Assembly (NCBI GenBank): GCA_023213395.1
Contig: CM041465.1
Location: 142,049,741-142,113,740 of the forward strand
Length of the DNA stretch: 64,000 nucleotides
From: Cycas panzhihuaensis
Lineage: Eukaryota; Plantae; Cycadophyta
Direction of reading: 5' to 3'
Positions 56,004 through 64,000 of this stretch are shown in pieces (position 1 is the stretch's first letter; every line of letters begins with the position of its first letter). Made by a program: the position numbers and the translations under genes. The notes beneath the pieces were generated by a model. That model searched no databases. It was not told the DNA's origin and saw only the letters and a program-made list of their open reading frames with translations.

Positions 56004-56327
56004 TCATAGCATCTCCTGCATTTTCTTTTCTACTCTTATTACATATTTTATGCCATATCTCTCACTGATGAGAAGATCCATATGATAGATCTCCACCAAA
56101 GTCTTCATCAAATCTTCGATTTTTTCCTCTGTCATATTGACAAGAGTGCTGGAAGTAAAACCCATCTTAGTGAGGGTCAAATATCGCATGTCATATTCTC
56201 TGAACAAATCTTCTAGTGACTTCAAAAATTCTTTTCCAGAATTTAGAGGAAAAATGAACTCAAAGGATCGATTATTGGGCTTCTAGAATACCGCTCTCTG
56301 ATTCCACGTCCTAAACAAGTCGACCAT
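56004..56327 (-). pseudogene. NLY: NEEDLY/LEAFY-family N-terminus and SAM oligomerisation domain, captured fragment (no DNA-binding domain)
   Basis: MVDLFRTWNQRAVF*KPNNRSFEFIFPLNSGKEFLKSLEDLFREYDMRYLTLTKMGFTSSTLVNMTEEKIEDLMKTLVEIYHMDLLISERYGIKYVIRVEKK matches conifer NLY as recalled (FFRWDQR...VFNKDHGRPLEVILPMNGRKDLKSLEDLFKEYGVRYVTLAKMTEMGFTANTLVNMTEEEIEDLMKTLVELYHMDLLIGERYGIKSAIRAEKK). One TAG at 56283-56285 and a 3-codon deletion. Confidence 0.93.
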
Positions 56328-56351
56328 CTCCTTTTTTCATTTCATTTTTCT

Positions 56352-56384
<33 letters not shown>

Positions 56385-56392
56385 GTGTGTGT
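56352..56392. repeat. Compound (TA)n(TG)n microsatellite just 5' of the NLY fragment
   Basis: Direct reading. Confidence 0.95.
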
Positions 56393-58067
56393 ATTCATTT
56401 GGTAAGTATTCCCTCCTCTAGTCAAAAAATTTGGTCTTTAGTTTATTTTTTATCATGTTTTAAATTGATCTATTGTGTGTAGGTTGCCCATTAATGGGCA
56501 TTCAATTTCTGTCGATATATTTAATTTTTCAAAGGTTTATAGTGAATTAAATTAAATTTGATATAAATTTTAGATTCAAATGTTTAAAGGTATTAGCCCT
56601 CTTTGGAGTTTAGCCCCCGGTCCCATTCTCTTTCTTGTGGCCTTCAACTCCTCTTTAAAAGGGCCCTAATCAATCTTTTATAAAATTTCTTTTATATTTT
56701 TTAAATTTATTTTACTCAAAAGGGGTAACTATTACATTTTTATCTGTAACTTCTCACTAGAGTATCAGATTTTGACAAAACTAGATTCATCATGACTGTG
56801 ATTTTACGAGCTTCACCGTAGACTAGTCATTTTCCAATTTTGGGTTGTTTTGATTAGTTTTTAATAGTTCAAAGTCACCTCATTTTTTCAGCTTCTAGTT
56901 TATTAAACATAAAGAGGTCACTTCACTATTTTTACTATATCTTTTTCATTTGATATCCATTTTTTAAACTATCAGCTTTGTTGGAAAGATGATTTAGGTC
57001 TCTTCGTGTTAATATAATCTTTTAAGTGATTTGAAGTCCTTTTACAAATATTACATGTTGGTAAAGTTAAGGTATTAAATTAAGCCTAGTTGTTCACTAA
57101 TCAACATTTTTTGAAGTGTTTTCTTCAAGTTATTTTAGAATAAGTCATATTAAAATGTCTTATATATGTAAGTAAGCCTTTTTAATATTTTTTATAAGGT
57201 TATAATTTATTTTTATAATATTTTAATCTTGTAGCTCCTATTTAAGCCTAAAAATGGGTCTTTGCACTTATTTTTTAAAATGTTGAGCTATAAAAATCAG
57301 TCTTCTGAACAGTCAAACCCATCGGAAAGTAAATTTGATATTCTTAAGTTTAAGATAGGTTTTACTCAATTCTAAGCTCATTTAGTAGGTATTTAAAATA
57401 AGTTATTTTTAGCTTCTTATTTAGTCCTTATAGGCATCATTCTATATCTTCTCATGTATTACATGATCTCAAAAGGTTACATCTAATCTATTGATTACTA
57501 ATAGCTTATTCTTAAAGCTTTTATTATTTCTTGTTTACATTTTCAAGTTCATTTTTGTAACAAAAAACTAGTTTTTTAATACTTCAGGCTAAGAGGAGCT
57601 ATCTAATTAATCGAGTATATTTTTGTATTCTAGTTGTTCATTTTCTATATTTCCTAGAAGAAACTTGTCATTTTTCAAGTATTTCTATTATCAAAATCAA
57701 AAGTTACACTTCATTTTTTTTTTTTTTTACTATTTTCAGAAGAATAACTACTCATTTTTTACATTGATAAAGGTCATTCCTTTTTTTGCTTAAGTTACAC
57801 TTTAACTTTGAAAATTCAAGTTTAGTTAAAAAATCTCATTGATTTTCTATATTTTTATCATTAAAGGCAATTATATTTCAAATTTGCATGGTTAAAGTCT
57901 TATTTGCTTTTCAAGAAAGGTTATTACTTATATATTCTTTTGGAAAAAAATATTATATCATTTGTTTATTCTTGCTTAGTGAATATTATCTTTCCTTTTA
58001 GTTATTTTTGTATAAAAAAAAATTTTAAAACCCTAAACAAGACCATAAGTATTAATTAATTTATTAT

Positions 58068-58570
58068 CACATTAAAAAGATAAATCCTAAATTAAACAAC
58101 CTCTTTTTTCTAGCCTTGCAAGGGGAACAGTTAGGACCCATGAAGTTACCACCTCGCACACTCTAATTGACCTACTCATATTAGATGAGGACAACCATTA
58201 GCTATTAGGTATATTTGATGGCAGACTGAGGTACATAACCTTTTTCTTATTTGGTGTTTGGAGACCAAGGCTAGACCTAGAGAGGATGGGTGCCTTGGTT
58301 CGAGCAACCTTTGTTACTAGATCTATCGCTAGGCATAAGTTTGGTGTAGGTGGGTCTACAATTCAGTGGGGGTGGGGGGGGGGGGGGTTTGTAAAAACCT
58401 TCTTAGTAGCTCGCATACTGAGTTATATCGAGCCTTGAACTCATGTACCAGTATATTGGGTTCTTATTTTATGATCTTTGGGCAGGCGCCACTAGACATG
58501 ATAGCAACTGAAGGTTTCCCCAAGAGATCCTAAATTTATAGCCTAGTAGCCTTATTAGGTACTAGTTCAC
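58068..58570 (+). ncRNA. Conserved structured leader block, copy 3 (~165 nt upstream of the gag ATG of element I)
   Basis: Stems ACCAAGGC(58264-71)/GCCTTGGT(58292-99), TAGATCTATC...GGTGGGTCTA (58318-58358), GGGGGGGTTT-GTAA-AAACCTTCTT (58381-58404). Confidence 0.6.
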
Positions 58571-58733
58571 TTTTCAAACTTTGGGTAAAACTTGGGTGAT
58601 TGAAACTTGGTTCGAATTTCAAATTCAAAACCCTTTAGGACTTTAAATTCAAATCTTTTTTGAAATTCAAATTCAAAACTTTTATAAACTTCATTCTTAT
58701 TTATCCTTTATTCAACAAAAACCTTAGTTCAAT

Positions 58734-59247
58734 ATGGTCTCAAGTTTCGGTAACATGATCATTCCAAAATTTGATGGGAATAATTTCTTAAATTACAGTA
58801 GGAGGATGAGACCTATCCTCATAGTTAATGAAATGTGGGAGATTGTGAAAATATGATATAATGAATTATATCCAAATCTAATTGATACAAAGAAAGCCAC
58901 TTATAAGGAAAATGTTAAGAAAGATAATGAAGCCTTGGCACTTATCTTTTATGTACTTGAAGATCATGTATTCCCTTATGTTAGTGAGTCTATTAAATTA
59001 AAGGAAGTTTGAGATATACTCCAGTTAATATATGAAGTAACAACCTCTTCCAAACTTCAGAATCTTAAAAGCAAGTTTAAAAACTTGCATATGTTTCCCA
59101 TAGAAACTGTAATAGAATTATGATAAAAGTACAAGATACAGTGAATTAAATGAGATCTTTTGGAGATACTCTAACAGAATAAAAGATAGTTAAATGGATC
59201 CTAAGATGTGTTGGTGCAATTAAACGTTTTGAAATAGTTACCACAAG
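58734..59247 (+). pseudogene. copia gag, 5' fragment (element I)
   Basis: Closely similar to the Gag of J (RRMRPILI.N..W.IV...KDNEALALIF..LEDHVFP); contains stops. Confidence 0.9.
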
Positions 59248-59592
59248 TGATGGATTCAGAGGAGCAGAGTGGGACATTAGATCACAAACATCTTGATAAA
59301 CAAAGTGATTTCTGAAGTTTGCAGTATTAAAAAATATTAGGGAGGTATTCCCACCGCTTAAATAGAGTTTTGGGGAGGCAAAAAGTGCCATCACTTGATC
59401 TGCACATTAGCCGACAAGTAATTCAAATAATATTTAAAAAATAATAATAATAAATGAATACACGTACCTTAATAAAATTATATTAGCTCTAGGTGGTTAT
59501 TGGGAGGCTCTAGGTGTCCTAGGGACCTCAAAGATGGCTTTGAGGGGCCCTAGGTACATAATTTTTTAGTGAAATTAGGGTTAATCCCAATA
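59248..59592 (-). repeat. 3' LTR of copia J
   Basis: Follows the PPT; homologous to LTR 54475-54836. Confidence 0.9.
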
Positions 59593-59609
59593 TTCTCCCC
59601 CATAATCCC

Positions 59610-62600
59610 AATATGGACAACTCCCAAATTTTCTCTGAACTTCTTGAATTTGATCTTTCCCAAAGACTTTATAAAAATATCTGTTATCTAATCTTCAGTG
59701 CTGCAATAAGCTAACTCAATCTCGTTTGCTTGTACAAGTTCCTGAATGAAGAGGTGTTGAGTCTCAATATATTTTGTTCTGTGTGGAGTACCAGATTTTT
59801 GGCCATTTAGATAATGCTTTGATTATTATACTAAATTCTACTGGGACCTTGTTGTTTATTCTAAAAATCCTATAAAATTCTTCTTAGTCATATTGATTCA
59901 TAAACTCCTACAACTGCTACTTTATACTCTGCCTCGATTGTGGATAAGGAGATGGTATTTTACTTCTTTATACTCCAAGCTACTAGTGTTGATCCCATAC
60001 TGAATAAATAGCCCGTTGTAGACTTTATATCATTAACATCACCTGCTCAATCTAAATTTGTGTAACCAATCAACTGAAATTTGGACGTGGCTTTATAATA
60101 TAACCCAAAGTCTAGAGTCCCTTTGAGATATCTAAGGATTCTTTTAATAGCTTGCCAATGAGAGGTCTTTGGATCCTGCATGAACCTGGATACAACACTA
60201 ACTGGGTATATTATATCTCGTTGAGTAGATGTCAAATATATTAGGTTTCCAATGATATGTCTATAGAGAGTTGGATCAATAGAAGTTGAATCATTCGTCT
60301 TAGAAAGTTTGATTCCAAATTCTGCTGATGTTGCTAATGGCTTACAATTTATTATTCTAAATCTTTATAGTAGATCCAATATATATTTATGTTGAGAGAT
60401 GAAGATTCCTTGTTTGTCCTACCGAAGTTCCAATCTTAGGAAGTAATGCATGAGGCCTAAGTCTATCATCTTAAATTCCTTACACATAGTATTTTTAAAT
60501 TCATGTAAAAGATGGGAGTCATTTCCAGTATAGACTAGGTAATCCATATAAAGACCTACAATCAAGATTGAACTTCCCTTGATTTGAGTGTATAAGTTTG
60601 GATATGCTTGAGATCTCTTAAACCCTTGATCTTTATAATACTTGTCTATGCGGGAATACCAAGCCCTGGGTGCTTGTTTTAGACCATATAGTACATTTTT
60701 TAACTTACACACTTTGTTCTCTTCCCCCTTAATTTTAAAACTAAGGGATTGAGAGACATAGATGTCTTCTTTAATATATCCATTTAGGAAAACACTTTTT
60801 ACATCCATTTGATAAACTTTCCAACCTATTTAGGCAGCTAAACTCATCATCATGCAAATAGATTCCATCCTAGTGACAAGGGAAAATGTTTCTGTATAGT
60901 TTATACCTTCTCTTTGGGCATATCTTTTTATAACCAATCTAGCTTTATACTTGTCGATGGAGTCATCTGAGTGGAACTTGGTCTTATAGACCCATTTGGT
61001 GCTAATAACTTTCTTCTTTGGTGGTAAGTCTACAAGTTCCCATGTATCATTCTTAATAATGGACTTATATTCCTCTTCCATGGATTTCTGTCAACATTCA
61101 TGTTAATTAGCCTTAGCAAAGGTTTGAGGCTCATGAGTATCGAGTACCTTGCTCATTAGAGAAAAGTTGACCCTATGTAAGTGTGTGGATCTCCTATTGT
61201 TATCCAGGATATTTCCCAAGTCATGGTTACGAAGAACCCATTTAGGTAGATGTTGTGATAGAGGTTGAGATGAAGTTTCTTCCCTAGTTGGTTCTTGGAT
61301 ACTTCTCCACATAGGAGACACATATTTAGACTTACTTGATGTGTCAAATTTAATGGCAATCTCCTTCTTCTTTTCTTGATTATCTTGGTAATAGGTGTCT
61401 TCTTGAAACTTGTTGTCTCCACTCACCATAACTTTTCTTGATTTCAGATCATAGACTTTGTAGGATTTAGAAGATTCACTATAGCCAATGAAGATACATT
61501 TGACACTATGGTCATCCAACTTTATTCTTCTTTGATTAGGAATATGGGCATATGCTAGACATCCAAATATCCTGTGATGATGTATAGTTAGTTTATAACT
61601 AGTCCATGCTTCTTTTGGAGTTTTCCACTTAAGTGATTTAGTGTAACATCTATTTAGTAGGTAGACGGTTGTATGAACTGCTTCAACCCAAAAATCATGG
61701 CCCAAGTTCTTATTCTTAAGCATACATCTTACCATTTAATGATAGTTTGATTCTTTCTTTTCGCTACACCATTTTGTTGTGGGGTGTAGGGGTTGGTGAA
61801 TTACCTCCTAATCCCATGGTGGATACAATAGTCCTTGAAAGCGTTAGATGTAAACTCTCCTTTATTATCTAATCTTAGAAAAAGGATGTGATATCCACTT
61901 TATCACTCAACAAAGGTTTTGAAGTCAATAAAGTGGTCAAAAGCATCTCATTTATATGTTAGAAAGAAAACCCATATCTTCCTTGAGAAGTCATTAATAA
62001 ATATGAGAAAGTATTTTGCACCTACTAACGAGGGAGTAGTCATTAGTCCACAAATGTTTGTGTATACTAGTTGAAGAGGGGTAGATGTTTGATGGCTAAA
62101 ATCTGGAAAGATTTCTCTATGTTGTTTACCAAGAAGGCATCCCTCACACAACTTTTTATTGACATCAATGGGTGGTAAACCATTAACCATATCTAACCTT
62201 TTTATAAGAGCCAAGTTGTTGTAGTTAAGATGACCAAACTGTCTATGCCACAAATCACTATCCATAGTAGTTGAAGTTATGAGGGCATAGGTATCTGAAG
62301 GAGTTAGGATAAGCTTAAATAAACGATCCTTAGTCATTTTACCTTTGGCAACAATAACTTTATTTTACCTCTTGTCTTTGATAACACATTTGTCATTGTT
62401 AAAAATCACCTTGTAATCTTGTCCCATCATCTGTCCTACTAATAGTAAGTTCTTCCTTAGTGCAGGGACATATAGGACATTATTTAAGTGTCTATATTCG
62501 CCAATGTCAGTCATCAAAGCTATATTACTTTTCCCAACTGATTCATGGGAAGTATTGTCTCTAAAGATGATTGATCATTTTCTGTTTTTGTCTAATGTCT

Positions 62601-63825
62601 GAAATAAATGTTCTTTGTGGGTCATGTGGGTTGAGCAACCTGAATCAATATACCAACTATCATCGTCTTCTTCCTTAGCAAAAAAATTGGATAGAAATAA
62701 CCTGTTATTAACCTTTGATTCTGATGAATTTGGAGCATGTCCTTTAGATGGTGGTCCGTATTTTAAAAAACATTTATCTTTATTGTGACCACTTATATGG
62801 CAATAAGTATAATACAATGGATCTCTTCTTCTATAACTTAGGCTTTAACCTTTTGGTTGAGAACAATCAATATTGAAATATCTCCCCCTTTCCTCATAGG
62901 ATTGAGGAGGGTTGTCTCTTGGTTTGTTGTCACGATATGCCTGACTTATCCTTAAAGATTGAGAATTCCCTTAATAATTTAGACAGTAAGGATGATTATC
63001 AAATTATCTCCTTTGATTGATATTTCTTAGAGGATCTTCATGTTGTTAGGGTCCTTCTTGCCTCCTTTAGCGAGGGGCTTGATATCATGGAGGGTCTTAT
63101 CTAGTTTTCCTTCAAAGATTTCCACCTTTTCTCTTTGGAGGAGATTCCTTTTATCTTGAGGTTTCTACTTAGGAGTTAGATTGAATATGGGCCTTTGTAG
63201 CAAAGGCATATTTTAGTGATTCATTTTCACTTTGTTGCTTTTCTATAGACATGAGCATAATGCTAAGTTGTTCCACTTTGGGAGTACTTAGATCATTTGA
63301 TATACTGATACTAGTAGCTACCATTTCAAAATGTCTTATAACTCCAACATATCTAAGGATTCTTTTAACTACCCTTTGTTTGGTTAGGGTATCTCCAAGT
63401 GACCTCATTTGGTTTACAATATCTTAGACTTTGGTCATAAATTTCGTTACTGATTTAGTGGGCATCATACATAAATTTTTAAACTTGCTCCTTAAGTTTT
63501 ATAATTTAGAGGAGGATGGTCCTTCATATATCTGTTGTAAGGTGTCCCAAGCTTCTTTAGACTTAACTAATTCACTAACTCTTGGGAACACATGATCTTC
63601 TAGTGAACAGAAGATGAGGGCTAAGGCTTCATTGTCTTTCTCAAAATTCTCCTTGTATGTAGCCTTTTCTGCATTAAATTGATTTTGTCCTAATTCGTTG
63701 TAGCATGTCCTCACAATGTCCCATATGTCATTAGCGATGAGGATGGGTCTCATCCTCCTACTCCAATTTAGGAAATTATTTTTGTCAAATTTCAGGATAA
63801 TCATGTTCCCAAAGCTAAACGCTAT
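59610..63825 (-). pseudogene. copia gag-pol, degenerate (element J)
   Basis: ORF track: Gag (63499-63804, 63169-63408), zinc knuckle and protease SWYIDSGCSTHMT, LWHRQFGHLN, integrase, RT MDVKSVFLNG...YGLKQAPRAW, RNase H. Start codon decayed to ATA. Confidence 0.95.
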
Positions 63826-64000
63826 TTTGAACTAAGTTTTTGTTGAACAAAGATAACAAATAAGTTTTCAAAAACTTGACTTTGAATATCAAAAGAAAAT
63901 TGAATTTAAGTTTCGAAAAAAGGTTTTAAGTGTAAAGATTCACTTCTAAGTATAACTTAAGGTTTTTCCCAAAGTTTTGAATAAGTGAACTAGGACCTAT

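Larger units (their letters stand above)
54475..59247 (+). mobile_element. Ty1/copia element I: 5' LTR, PBS, 3.9 kb leader with NEEDLY cargo, 5' part of gag (interrupted by J)
   Basis: LTR 54475-54836, PBS TGGTATTAGAGC 54839-54850, gag ATG 58734 (MVSSFGNMIIPKFDGNNF), gag cut at FEIVTTS by the LTR of J. Confidence 0.9.
59248..64000 (-). mobile_element. Ty1/copia element J (same family as I), nested antisense in the gag of I; continues beyond the window
   Basis: 3' LTR 59248-59592, PPT (minus GGGATTATGGGGGAG, ~59595-59609), full gag-pol, leader runs off the window end; left TSD candidate ACAAG 59243-59247. Confidence 0.93.

Noticed and set aside
55400-56007. Possible second antisense ORF continuing from the NLY fragment (ATGA overlap at 56004-56007, E/R-rich translation)
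   Set aside because: About 8-9 stops per 100 codons is no better than random, there is no similarity to the LFY DNA-binding domain, and the composition is explained by purine skew
56004-56225. Functional NEEDLY/LEAFY gene
   Set aside because: In-frame stop near the N-terminus, a deletion within the SAM domain, no DNA-binding exons in the window, and embedded in a retrotransposon leader

Overview
This is an AT-rich, CpG-depleted plant nuclear intergenic/heterochromatic region. It is almost certainly from a gymnosperm, because it carries a NEEDLY-type LEAFY fragment. I found no intact host protein-coding gene. The window is a stack of nested, decayed LTR retrotransposons: at least six Ty1/copia elements (several with 2-4 kb 5' leaders), an Athila/Tat-type gypsy pol, a PMD-bearing gypsy remnant, chromovirus-like LTR ends, and three non-autonomous LTR elements. 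A divergent tRNA-Asn/tRNA-Gln pair sits at about 49 kb. Three observations stand out. (1) A ~480-500 nt non-coding block with covarying hairpins lies just upstream of gag in copia elements with dissimilar Gag proteins (3 copies plus the edge of a 4th); it is a candidate IRES or packaging RNA. (2) A copia leader has captured, in antisense, the N-terminus and SAM domain of NEEDLY/LEAFY, and the fragment now lies between convergent LTRs. (3) A non-autonomous LTR family's two copies are mosaics of host gene fragments (PLS-PPR in both, NRP/SET histone chaperone in one, ITN1-like ankyrin in the other). All family assignments come from manual translation and motif recognition; no database search was run, and boundaries of decayed elements are approximate.
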